Below the pieces are notes generated by a model. That model saw only the letters and a list, made by a program, of their open reading frames with translations. It had not been told where the DNA came from and did no database searches. From an uncultured Novosphingobium sp. (GTDB lineage: Bacteria > Pseudomonadota > Alphaproteobacteria > Sphingomonadales > Sphingomonadaceae), in the NCBI GenBank assembly GCA_964592205.1, contig CAZQEH010000007.1, forward strand, positions 12,393-76,392: 64,000 nucleotides of DNA, written 5' to 3'. Of this stretch, positions 40,747 to 49,868 are shown piece by piece. A program made the translations under genes and the position numbers. The stretch's first letter is position 1. Each line of letters begins with the position of its first letter.

Positions 40747-41930
40747 AGCTCGCCGATATCGAGACTTTCGTCGTCGGCAATCCACCGCCGCATTTCGGCG
40801 GGCGCTACTTCGTGTTCGTCAAGCTGACGACGGCCTGCGGGGTGAGCGGGATTGGGGAGGCTTATTGCGTCCCCTTCTCGCCGCACCTCGTGGCGAAGAT
40901 GATCGAGGATGTGTTCGCGCGCTATGCCGCGGGGCGCGATCCGCACGATATCGAGAACCTGTGGCGCCGCGTCTATTCGAGCGGCTTCACCCAGCATTCC
41001 GATCTCTCGCTGATGGGCGTGCTCAGCGCGCTCGAAATGGCGTGCTGGGACATTGTCGGCAAGGCAGCGGGGCAACCGGTCTACAAGCTGCTCGGCGGTC
41101 AGGTGCATGAACGCCTGCGGGCCTACACCTATATCTACCCGCGCCCCCGCGATCAGACCGACGTCTACCATGATCCGGACCTCGCGGCGGAGCGGTCCGC
41201 CGAATACCTCGCGATGGGTTTCACCGCGCTGAAGTTCGATCCGGCCGGGCCCTATTCGGCGTTTGACGGGCGGCAGTTGTCGCTGGAGGCGCTGGATCTG
41301 AGCGAGCGTTTTGCCAACACACTGCGCGAGGCGGTCGGAACCAAAGCTGATCTGTTGTTCGGCACCCATGGGCAGATGACGGCAGCCGGCGCGATCCGGC
41401 TGGCGAAGCGATTGGAAGCAGCCGATCCGCTCTGGCTCGAAGAACCCGTGCCGCCTGATGTGCCGGAGGAAATGGCCAAGGTCGCACGCGCGACGAGTAT
41501 TCCCATCGCGACGGGCGAGCGGCTTTCAACCAAGTACGATTTCGCGCGCCTGCTCGATGCCGGCGGCGCGGCAATCCTGCAAATGAACCTCGGCCGCGTT
41601 GGCGGACTGCTTGAGGCCAAGAAGATCGCCGGCATGGCCGAAACCCGCCACGCGCAGATCGCGCCGCATCTCTATTGCGGCCCGGTGGTGGGCGCGGCGA
41701 ACATCCAGCTCGCCACCGCGACGCCCAACTTCCTCATCCTTGAAAGTATCGAGGACTGGGGCGGCTTCCACACCGAAATTCTCAGGAAGCCAATCCGCTT
41801 CGAAGAGGGCCACGTGATCCCGTCGACGGAACCGGGGCTCGGCGTGGAACTCAACGAAGATGTGGCCCGCGCGCATCCCTATAGCGGGGATATGCTGCAC
41901 CTGGAAATGACCCAGCACCCGGTATTCTGA
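40743..41930 (+). CDS. Mandelate racemase / muconate lactonizing (enolase superfamily) protein
   Basis: VKLTT..GVSGIGE, SALEMACWDIVGK, WLEEP, PIATGER, IAPH, PGLGVE; ATGA overlap with the ALDH stop. Confidence 0.9.
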   Translation: MKLADIETFVVGNPPPHFGGRYFVFVKLTTACGVSGIGEAYCVPFSPHLVAKMIEDVFARYAAGRDPHDIENLWRRVYSSGFTQHSDLSLMGVLSALEMACWDIVGKAAGQPVYKLLGGQVHERLRAYTYIYPRPRDQTDVYHDPDLAAERSAEYLAMGFTALKFDPAGPYSAFDGRQLSLEALDLSERFANTLREAVGTKADLLFGTHGQMTAAGAIRLAKRLEAADPLWLEEPVPPDVPEEMAKVARATSIPIATGERLSTKYDFARLLDAGGAAILQMNLGRVGGLLEAKKIAGMAETRHAQIAPHLYCGPVVGAANIQLATATPNFLILESIEDWGGFHTEILRKPIRFEEGHVIPSTEPGLGVELNEDVARAHPYSGDMLHLEMTQHPVF

Positions 41931-43540
41931 TGACCGAAACGTTTGACTACATCGTGGTGGGTGCAGGCACCGCCGGGTGCGTGCTGACGAGCCGGCTGAC
42001 CGAGGACGGCAAGTCCACGGTGCTGTTGCTGGAAGCGGGCGGCAGCGACCTGTCGATCTGGATCCAGATGCCGATCGGCTATGGCCGCACCTTCTTTGAT
42101 CGCCGCATCAACTGGATGTATGATACCGCAGCTGTCGCGGGGCTTGGCGGGCGCAGCAGTTACTGGCCGCGCGGCAAGGTTATCGGCGGGTCAGGCTCGA
42201 TCAACGCGATGGTCTATGTGCGGGGACAGCCGCGCGATTTCGACGATTGGCATGCCGCCGGTAATCCTGGCTGGGCGTGGGACGATGTGCTGCCCTTCTT
42301 CACCAAGTCCGAGGATTTCGACCGCTTCAGCGCGCACCATGGTCGCGGCGGGCCCCAGCACGTGACCGAGATCACGCCGCATGTCCACCCGGTGTGCCAC
42401 AGCTTCATCGAGACCGCCGAAGGCCTTGGCTTCCCGGTGACGAGCGACTTCAACGGCAGTAACCCGGAAGGCGTTGGCTTCTATCAGATCAACACCCGCG
42501 GTGGCTGGCGCGCGTCCACTGCCAATGCGTTCCTGCACCCGGCGCTGAAGCGCAAGAACCTCATGCTGCGCACAAAGTCGCACGCCACGCGCGTGCTGTT
42601 CGAAGGCTCGCGGGCGATCGGCATCGAATACCGGCGCGGCGGGAAGCTCCATCAGGTGCGGGCGCGGCGCGAAGTCATCCTTTCGGGCGGTGCGATCAAT
42701 TCGCCGCAGTTGCTGATGCTTTCCGGCATCGGTGACGGTGCAGCATTGGCGCAGCATGGCATTGCCGTGCAGCAGCATCTGCCGGGTGTCGGCCGCAACC
42801 TGCAGGACCATCTGGCCGTCTCGTACTTCTACAAGGTGCGCACCGCGACCCTCAACGATGAGCTCCATCCGCTGCTCGGCAAGGCGCAAGCCGCGCTGCG
42901 CTTCGCGTTCGACCGGCGCGGGCCGCTGTCGCTCAGCGTCAACCAGAGCGGCGGCTTCGTGCGCAGCAGCCCTGATGCGCCGAATGTCGATCTGCAGCTC
43001 TATTTCAGCCCGGTGAGCTATACCAAGACGCCGCTCGCCGCGCGCAAGCTGCTCAATCCCGATCCGTTTTCGGCGTTCCTGCTCTCGTTCAATTCCTGCC
43101 GCCCGACGAGCCGGGGGCATCTCGAACTGCGCTCAGCCGATCCATTGAAGCATCCGCTGATCCAGCCGAACTACCTCTCTGCCGAGCAGGACATTGCCGA
43201 GGTCCTCGCCGGCAACCGCCTGCTCCGCAAGATCGCCGCGAGCCGTCCGCTGGCGGACATGATCACCGAAGAACTGGTGCCGGGGCCGAATGTGCGCACC
43301 GAGGAAGACCAGCTCGCCGATTTCCGCGCGCGGGCAGACACGGTCTATCACCCCACGGGCACATGCGCGATGGGGCCGGATGCGGCGACGTCCGTGGTCG
43401 ATGCCCAGCTGCGGGTGCACGGCACCCAGGGCCTGCGCGTGATCGATGCCTCGATCTTCCCCAACATCACCAGCGGCAACACCAATGCGCCGACGGTGAT
43501 GGTGGCGGAAAAGGGCGCGGCGATGGTGCGCGCTGGTTAG
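41930..43540 (+). CDS. GMC oxidoreductase (choline dehydrogenase-like)
   Basis: [52 protein letters not shown]. Confidence 0.92.
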   Translation: MTETFDYIVVGAGTAGCVLTSRLTEDGKSTVLLLEAGGSDLSIWIQMPIGYGRTFFDRRINWMYDTAAVAGLGGRSSYWPRGKVIGGSGSINAMVYVRGQPRDFDDWHAAGNPGWAWDDVLPFFTKSEDFDRFSAHHGRGGPQHVTEITPHVHPVCHSFIETAEGLGFPVTSDFNGSNPEGVGFYQINTRGGWRASTANAFLHPALKRKNLMLRTKSHATRVLFEGSRAIGIEYRRGGKLHQVRARREVILSGGAINSPQLLMLSGIGDGAALAQHGIAVQQHLPGVGRNLQDHLAVSYFYKVRTATLNDELHPLLGKAQAALRFAFDRRGPLSLSVNQSGGFVRSSPDAPNVDLQLYFSPVSYTKTPLAARKLLNPDPFSAFLLSFNSCRPTSRGHLELRSADPLKHPLIQPNYLSAEQDIAEVLAGNRLLRKIAASRPLADMITEELVPGPNVRTEEDQLADFRARADTVYHPTGTCAMGPDAATSVVDAQLRVHGTQGLRVIDASIFPNITSGNTNAPTVMVAEKGAAMVRAG

Positions 43541-44490
43541 CGGCGCACCACCACTTCGTAGCCCTGCTCTTCGGGCTCATCATCGACCATCTGCTCGGGG
43601 AAACCGGTGCCGAGCACCTTGATGCCCACCGGTTCCTCATAGCGGCGGATGATGTTGGGCGAGAACTCGCGCGGGCCGAACGCGGCCTCGCCTTCCTTGA
43701 ACAGGCGGACGATCAGCGGCGACATTTCGACGGGCACGCCGGTTTCCTGCGCGATCTTGTCGAACAGGCCGACGTCCTTGGAAACAAGGTCCATCGTGAA
43801 GTTGATGTCGCGGCTGCCGTTGAGGATGACCTGCGATTCCGTCTCGTGGACGAAGCTGTTGCCCGAGGAAATGCGGATCGCCTCGTAGGTCGTGTTCATG
43901 TCGAGCCCGACGGCCTTGCACACCGTCAGCGCCTCGGCGAGCGCGACGAGGTGCGCGGTGCAGAGGAAATTGGTCATCACCTTGAGCTGCGATGCGGTGC
44001 CCCAATCGCCGGTGTGCAGCACGCGGCGGCCGAGTGTCTTGAGCACCGGCAGCACGCGCTCGAACCCTTCGCGCGGACCGGCAGCGAAGATCGAGATGTT
44101 GCCGGTATCGGCGCGGTGGCAGCCGCCCGAAACGGGGCATTCCATGAAAAGGCCGCCGCGCGCTTCGACGAGTGGGCCAAGGCGCAGGACTTCGGCATAG
44201 TCCGTCGTGCTCATTTCCATCCAGACCTGCCCGGGGCGCATGACGGCAAGGAAACCGTCCGCGCCTTCCGCGACAGCCGCGCTGGCAGCGGGCGACGGCA
44301 GGCAGGTGATGATGACATCGACCGCTTCACCCAGCGCCGCAGGGCTCGCCGCTTCCTTGGCACCGCGCGCGACATATTGGGCGGCGAGCTCGGGATTGAG
44401 ATCGCGTACGGTAACGTCATGCCCGTTGCGGATCAGGCTGCCCGCCAGCTTGCCGCCGACATTGCCGAGGCCGATGAAACCGATCTTCAT
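43537..44490 (-). CDS. NAD(P)-dependent beta-hydroxyacid dehydrogenase family (3-hydroxyisobutyrate dehydrogenase-like)
   Basis: IGFIGLGNVG, EMSTT, ECPVSGG, KVMTN, KDVGL. Confidence 0.88.
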   Translation of the reverse strand: MKIGFIGLGNVGGKLAGSLIRNGHDVTVRDLNPELAAQYVARGAKEAASPAALGEAVDVIITCLPSPAASAAVAEGADGFLAVMRPGQVWMEMSTTDYAEVLRLGPLVEARGGLFMECPVSGGCHRADTGNISIFAAGPREGFERVLPVLKTLGRRVLHTGDWGTASQLKVMTNFLCTAHLVALAEALTVCKAVGLDMNTTYEAIRISSGNSFVHETESQVILNGSRDINFTMDLVSKDVGLFDKIAQETGVPVEMSPLIVRLFKEGEAAFGPREFSPNIIRRYEEPVGIKVLGTGFPEQMVDDEPEEQGYEVVVRR

Positions 44491-44496
44491 TTTGGT

Positions 44497-45570
44497 CTAG
44501 TCTCCGGGGACGAGCACGATCTTGCCGACGTGCTGCTTGGTAAGAAAGGCGCGCTGCGCCGCGACGATGTCTGAAAGCGGGTACGTGGCGGCAATGATGG
44601 GGCCAATTTCCCCGCGTTCGATGTAGCCGACGAGATTGGGGAACACCTCGGGTTCAAGGATCGTGCAACCGTAGAGCGTCAAGTCCTTGAGGTAGAGCGT
44701 GCGCAGGTCGAGTTCGGCAATGGGTCCGGAAATCGCGCCTGCCACCCCGTAGCGCCCACCGCGCTTGAGGGCATCTAGCAGTGCCGGGAAGCCTGCCCCA
44801 CCGGCGACGTCGATCACGACGTCGAAGCTTTCGGACGCGAAGCGGGCATCGCGAGGGAAGACTTCTGAAGCGCCCAGCGCCAGCACGCCATCGGCCTTTT
44901 CCAGGCTGGCGAGCGCGGTGATCTCAGCCCCGCGCCTCTTTGCCAGTTGCACCGCGGCAGAGCCCACCCCGCCCGAAGCGCCGGTGATGAGGACTCGCTC
45001 ACCGGCAGCCAGAGCTGTGCGGGTGAGCATGTTTTCGGCAGCCGAATAGGCGCAAGGGAACGAGGCCAGTTCGGTTTCAGTCAGCGGGGTCTCGATACGA
45101 TGCGCGTGCCGCGATGGAATCCGGGCATACTGTGCAAAGGCACCATCGACTTCGGAACCGAAATAGACCGCCTCGAAGCGGCTCGCGCCCCGGAACACCG
45201 GTTCGACAAGCACGCGCTCACCCACGCGCGCCGGGTCCACCCCTTCCCCCACGGCGACGATCCGGCCCGCCGCATCGGCGCCCTGTATGCGCGGGAACTC
45301 TGGCAGTGCGCCGGTCCAGTTCGAATCCTCGGTCTTCGCTTCGGCAAAGCCATCTCCCCCACCTGCCTCGGTCGCCACGGTAACGGACTTGGAGTACCAT
45401 GCTGTGCGCGTGTTGATGTCGGTGTTGTTTACCCCGGAAGCGCCGACGCGGATCAGCACTTCGCCCGGGCCAGGCTGCGGCACGGGAACATCAGTGCGGT
45501 ATGACAGGCATTCGAAGCCGCCATTGCCGGTGAGCAGGACGGCGGACATCGTGGCGGGAGCTTTGGTCAT
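44497..45570 (-). CDS. Medium-chain dehydrogenase/reductase, apparently zinc-independent
   Basis: PQPGPGEVLIRV, GVNNTD and QGAD in place of the Cys/GHE Zn ligands, ITGASGGVG, GKIVL. Confidence 0.85.
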   Translation of the reverse strand: MTKAPATMSAVLLTGNGGFECLSYRTDVPVPQPGPGEVLIRVGASGVNNTDINTRTAWYSKSVTVATEAGGGDGFAEAKTEDSNWTGALPEFPRIQGADAAGRIVAVGEGVDPARVGERVLVEPVFRGASRFEAVYFGSEVDGAFAQYARIPSRHAHRIETPLTETELASFPCAYSAAENMLTRTALAAGERVLITGASGGVGSAAVQLAKRRGAEITALASLEKADGVLALGASEVFPRDARFASESFDVVIDVAGGAGFPALLDALKRGGRYGVAGAISGPIAELDLRTLYLKDLTLYGCTILEPEVFPNLVGYIERGEIGPIIAATYPLSDIVAAQRAFLTKQHVGKIVLVPGD

Positions 45571-45637
45571 CCCCCCCTCCCGTTCGTGTCGAGCAAAGTC
45601 GAGACACCAGACGCCGCGCTTGGTGTGGGCATGGAGG

Positions 45638-46357
45638 TCAAGCCAGCGCCGGAAGCTGGGACTTGAGCCAATCAAGGTGCGCGTAGGACATGCCGCGATA
45701 ATCGTCCCACCCGCGCGCGGTCTTCTCCGCCACTTCGTCCGACAGCACATTGAGCGGCTTGCCGCTGGCATAGGCGAGCAGCAGCGTCTGCGCCGCTTTT
45801 TCGAAGAAATAGAGATCCTCAAAGGCCTCCGCCACGGTCGGCCCGGTGCAGGTGACGCCGTGGCTGCCCATCAGCAGCGTCTTCTTGTTCCCCAGCGCGG
45901 CGGCGAGCCGCAGGCCTTCCTCGGCCTCGTCGGCAATCCCGCCGAAGCCCTGATCGATCGCCAGCCGATTGAAGAACCGCGCCGTATTGTTGTCGAGCGG
46001 CAGCATGCGCGGGTCCGCCAGCGTCGCCAGCGCAGTCGCATGCGGCGGGTGGCAGTGGATGATCACGCGCGCGGCGGGGCACTGGCGGTGGACAGTGCCG
46101 TGGATCGTCCAGGCCGAAGCGTCGGGCGCGTCGGGCCGGTTCATCACGTGCGCATCATCGGCATCGAGCAGCATCAGATCATCGGGCTTGATGCTGGCGA
46201 AATGCTGCCACTTGCGGTTGAGCAGGAACTGCTTGCCGTCTGCCGAGACCGCCGCGCTGAAGTGGTTGCCGACCGATTCCGACCAGCCCATCTGCGCGGT
46301 GATGCGAAACGCGGCGGCGAGATCCTCGCGAAGCGCGGCAACTTCGGCTTCGGTCAC
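45638..46357 (-). CDS. Class II aldolase/adducin family protein
   Basis: REDLAAAFR, NHFS, IHCHPPH metal motif, SHGV; GTGA overlap with the upstream dioxygenase stop. Confidence 0.88.
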   Translation of the reverse strand: MTEAEVAALREDLAAAFRITAQMGWSESVGNHFSAAVSADGKQFLLNRKWQHFASIKPDDLMLLDADDAHVMNRPDAPDASAWTIHGTVHRQCPAARVIIHCHPPHATALATLADPRMLPLDNNTARFFNRLAIDQGFGGIADEAEEGLRLAAALGNKKTLLMGSHGVTCTGPTVAEAFEDLYFFEKAAQTLLLAYASGKPLNVLSDEVAEKTARGWDDYRGMSYAHLDWLKSQLPALA

Positions 46358-47490
46358 TTGAAGCGGCCCTCGCTCGTCAGCGCGCGGTAGGTGCTGCGCA
46401 TCTCGCCGCGATCGGCATAAGTACCCCGCAGATAGCGCGCGCCGCTGGTGGCCGAGTAGGCCTCGCGCCCGTGCACGATGCGATGGTTGTCGAACACGAT
46501 GCATTCGCCCGCATTGATGCGGAAACGCATGAGGTACTTGTCGGACTGGAGCATCCGCCCGAAGCGGCAGAACGCCGGATAGTAGCGGTCCAGCACATCC
46601 TGCGGCAGATCAAACACGTCGGCCATGTGCTGGCTGATGGTAACGCCGGAAACCTCGCCATGCACATCAAGCTCGATGACCCGCTGGCGCGAGCGGACAT
46701 CATAGGTGTCATGCTCGCAGTAGAACGGCACTTCGGTCTCGGCGAGGAGCATGAAGTCTTCCGGAAATGCCGCGCGGAAATCATTGGCGACCGCCACGCC
46801 ATCGAGGAACAGGTTAGCCCCGCCCTCCACGCTGTTGGCGCGGCAGTGGAGGAACTGGACGCCGGGGGCCAGGTCTTCCGCCGGCGTATCGGTGTGAAGC
46901 TCCAGCGCCTTCGCCGTGTAGGCGAGGTTGGTCGGCTCGATGTGCGTCATCACATCGAAGTATTCACCGAAAAAGGTCGGCCGCACGTGGCCCATCAGCT
47001 TGACGAGATCGGTGAGCGCCTCGTCGCTATCGGGCATATCCGTCACCAGCGCCACGCCTTCGACGATCAGCGCCTTGAGCCAATCGGCGACCTTGGCCTT
47101 GTCAGCCATCAGCTCCGCTTGCGGAAAGCGCGCCACATTCGGGTAGTGGTCGGCATACCACGCGCGGCGCGGCAGGTCGGATGGATCGTGGCGGCGCTTG
47201 CCCTCGGCATAGCTCGCCAGCCATTCGAGAGGGTAGCGGCTGGTGTGGTTCTCCCCGTCCCACGCGATTTCGAGCGCATCGCCAACAACTTCGGCACGGC
47301 GCGGACGCGGGGCGGCATCGAGGTGGAAGATATCGAATGTGCGCTCACGCGTCTGGCTGTCGAACGAGGTCGGGCAGTTGTCGCGCAGCCAATAATTGTT
47401 GTAGTACGCAGATGTGCCGCCGGGGAGCACGACTTCGAGCCCGGCTTCAGCGAGCGTGACCAGTGCTGCGGACGAGGTGGTGTTGTTCAT
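46354..47490 (-). CDS. Fe(II)/2-oxoglutarate dioxygenase, gamma-butyrobetaine / trimethyllysine hydroxylase-like (TauD/TfdA family)
   Basis: WLRDNC N-domain, NLAYT...LELHTD (HxD), PGVQFLHC, FDNHRIVHGR, RYLRGTY. Confidence 0.88.
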   Translation of the reverse strand: MNNTTSSAALVTLAEAGLEVVLPGGTSAYYNNYWLRDNCPTSFDSQTRERTFDIFHLDAAPRPRRAEVVGDALEIAWDGENHTSRYPLEWLASYAEGKRRHDPSDLPRRAWYADHYPNVARFPQAELMADKAKVADWLKALIVEGVALVTDMPDSDEALTDLVKLMGHVRPTFFGEYFDVMTHIEPTNLAYTAKALELHTDTPAEDLAPGVQFLHCRANSVEGGANLFLDGVAVANDFRAAFPEDFMLLAETEVPFYCEHDTYDVRSRQRVIELDVHGEVSGVTISQHMADVFDLPQDVLDRYYPAFCRFGRMLQSDKYLMRFRINAGECIVFDNHRIVHGREAYSATSGARYLRGTYADRGEMRSTYRALTSEGRFK

Positions 47491-47629
47491 GGATTCCCCC
47501 GCTGGGATGGGCGGCGGCCTGCATGCCGCTCTTGCCGCCGTGACTTTAGCCCGGAAAGCACCAGCTCAGCAGTGCATCATCAACAATCATATATCGTATC
47601 AATGACCGTAATGCACTCGGATCTATGGA

Positions 47630-48586
47630 TCAGTTGCTGCCGAGCAGGTCTTCCGCCCAGGGTAGCTGGGCCAGCACCGGGGGCAGGCTTTCCTTGCGGA
47701 TCGTGTCGCCTGCCAGCGTCGCGGTTTCCATTGCGAGATCGCCCAGTTCTCCCGCGCGGCTGACGACCTGGATGCGGCGGGCAAACCGCGCGCGCGGCAG
47801 CGGCTCGATGCGCAAGTCCGGAATCAGCGCGGGCATGGCGGCAAGGCAGAGCAGCGAGGTAATGCTCCAGCCAATGCCAAGCGCGACCGCGTTCAACTGC
47901 TGCGGCACAATATCAACCTCGATCACGTTGGGCAGGCGCAGCCGCATGCGCGTGAGCTGGCTTTCGATGCGCTGGCCCATGCCCGTATCGAGCGAATAGC
48001 GCACGAACGGCAGCCCTTCCGCAGCGGCAATCGGATCGGCCACGCCCCGGAAACTGGGCGGGAATACTAGCACGAAGGGATCGTCAAGCACGTCGTGATG
48101 GACGACACCTTCCTGCTTTTCGAGCACGCTGCTGCCGGTGATCAGCAGATCGACGCGCCGCGCGAGGAAATCCTGCTGCTGGTTGAGCGAGATGCCCGAG
48201 CGCACGCGCCAGCGCGCGACGCGCGGGCCCAAGCTGCTGAGCAGCGGCCCGGTGAGCAGGATCGCGAGCGATTCCGCCATCGCAACCGTCACCTTGTCGA
48301 TCGGCTGGTTGGCGCCCTCGCGCACTTCATCGACCATCGTGCGCGCGGTGGCGAGGAGATGCGTCGCGCGCTCATAAAGCGCGCGGCCCGCAGGCGTGAG
48401 GCCGAGCGGGCGCAGGGTGCGATCGAACAGCGTGGCGCCGATCCCCTGCTCCAGCCGCGCAATAGTCTGCGAGACGGCGGACTGGGTGATGCGCAATTGC
48501 TGCGCGCTCGCGGTCATCCCGCCCAGCTCGACAGTGAGGACGAAGACTTCCAGCGCGTGGAAATCGAACTCGGCGGGGAGCAGCAT
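47630..48586 (-). CDS. LysR-family transcriptional regulator
   Basis: FDFHALEVF...GGMTASAQQLRITQSAVSQTIARLE..LFDR. Confidence 0.92.
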   Translation of the reverse strand: MLLPAEFDFHALEVFVLTVELGGMTASAQQLRITQSAVSQTIARLEQGIGATLFDRTLRPLGLTPAGRALYERATHLLATARTMVDEVREGANQPIDKVTVAMAESLAILLTGPLLSSLGPRVARWRVRSGISLNQQQDFLARRVDLLITGSSVLEKQEGVVHHDVLDDPFVLVFPPSFRGVADPIAAAEGLPFVRYSLDTGMGQRIESQLTRMRLRLPNVIEVDIVPQQLNAVALGIGWSITSLLCLAAMPALIPDLRIEPLPRARFARRIQVVSRAGELGDLAMETATLAGDTIRKESLPPVLAQLPWAEDLLGSN

Positions 48587-48736
48587 TGCGGCCTCATGAT
48601 AAAAATGCGTGAAGCCTCATATTATAAACTGTTATCGTGGAGCAAGAACTCTCGCGCTTTCGTTTCACGAGGGCTTCCTGGATTGACGTAGATCATTGCG
48701 GCGCGCAAACTGCCCTAAACCCAAGGAGTAGCCGAG

Positions 48737-49705
48737 ATCGCGCCGGATCGCCTCATCAACCGCCGCTGGCTGCCGCTGAACGCGCTGCGTGCGTTCGAGG
48801 CTGTCGGTCGGCACATGAGCTTCACCGCGGGTGCGCAGGCCCTCACGGTGTCGCAAAGCGCGATGAGCCGCCATGTCTCCAGCCTTGAAGCTCTGATCGG
48901 TCGGCCGCTGTTCGAACGCGGGCCAACCGGCCTCAAACTGACGCCTGCGGGCTCGATCCTGCTTCCGGTCGTGAGCAAGTGCCTCGACCGGATGGAGCAG
49001 ACGATCAACACGATCGGCAACAAGGATCTCGAAAGCCGGCCGATCCGGCTGCATATCCCGCCTTCGCTGCTCTATCAGAATGCCCTGCCGTTGCTCGCCA
49101 AGTTCCACAAGGAACATCCCGAAATCCGCATCGATGTGGTGACCTCGAACGTCACTGGCGCCCCGCGCGATAATGTCGATATGGCGGTGGTGTTCGATCG
49201 ACCCAATGTCGATGATGCGGTGGCGGATCTCCTGTGGATGGTGCGGGTCGCGCCGCTCTGCTCGCCCGAAACGGCCGCCGCGCACAATGGCAAGACGCTC
49301 GAACAGTTCCTCCACGACAACGAACTGCTGCACGTGAAGCTGGAAGGCGAGCCGCGCGGACTGCTTTGGTCGAGCTATGCCGCACAGCAGCGGCTCGCCA
49401 TCGAAACCAACGACGGACTGGCCTTCGATACCGCGTTTTCAGCGGTGCGCTATGCCATCGGCGCTTCGGGTGTGGTGCTGGCTGATATTGACATGTTCGC
49501 GCAGGAAATCGCCGGCGGTCAGCTTGTCATGCCCTACGACCGCGTCTCGGCGGACGGCTTCGGCTACTACCTCAAGACCCACGCCGAGGACCTCAGCGAT
49601 CCGGCGATCTACCTGCTGCGCGAATGGATCATCCGGCACTTTTCAAACAGCATGGGCCGCGATGCTGCTGCCCCGACCGAGATGGTCCCGGAAATGCGCG
49701 GGTAA
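48737..49705 (+). CDS. LysR-family regulator (GcvA/AmpR-like); probable non-canonical ATC start
   Basis: In-frame extension NRRWLPLNALRAFEAVGRHMSFT upstream of ATG 48815; in-frame TAA at 48716; AAGGAG 8 nt before ATC 48737. Confidence 0.85.
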   Translation: MAPDRLINRRWLPLNALRAFEAVGRHMSFTAGAQALTVSQSAMSRHVSSLEALIGRPLFERGPTGLKLTPAGSILLPVVSKCLDRMEQTINTIGNKDLESRPIRLHIPPSLLYQNALPLLAKFHKEHPEIRIDVVTSNVTGAPRDNVDMAVVFDRPNVDDAVADLLWMVRVAPLCSPETAAAHNGKTLEQFLHDNELLHVKLEGEPRGLLWSSYAAQQRLAIETNDGLAFDTAFSAVRYAIGASGVVLADIDMFAQEIAGGQLVMPYDRVSADGFGYYLKTHAEDLSDPAIYLLREWIIRHFSNSMGRDAAAPTEMVPEMRG

Positions 49706-49755
49706 GGGCTCCGGTGTCGCGAGCCTGAAGCTTGGTTCAATCTTCTAACAGCTCA

Positions 49756-49836
49756 CGTCGGCCCGTGCTTGACACGGGCCTGGGTTAACTTTGGCGGCGA
49801 AAGCTAGCCGAACCCCGTGTCACGCACGGGGTGACG
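49756..49836. repeat. REP-like inverted doublet (two hairpins in opposite orientation)
   Basis: CGTCGGCCCGTGCTTGACACGGGCC ... ACCCCGTGTCACGCACGGGGTGACG; the second unit is a near reverse complement of the first; lies between convergent genes. Confidence 0.7.
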
Positions 49837-49868
49837 GAAGCTGCTATGCGCTGAACTTCATTCCGATA

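Noticed and set aside
39304..43540. betB/betA assignment for the ALDH and GMC genes
   Set aside because: Family motifs only; an enolase-superfamily gene sits between them and no betI/betT is adjacent, so symbols were withheld
21134..49705. Recently acquired mobile genomic island
   Set aside because: No integrase, transposase, tRNA or flanking direct repeats, and no obvious compositional shift by eye
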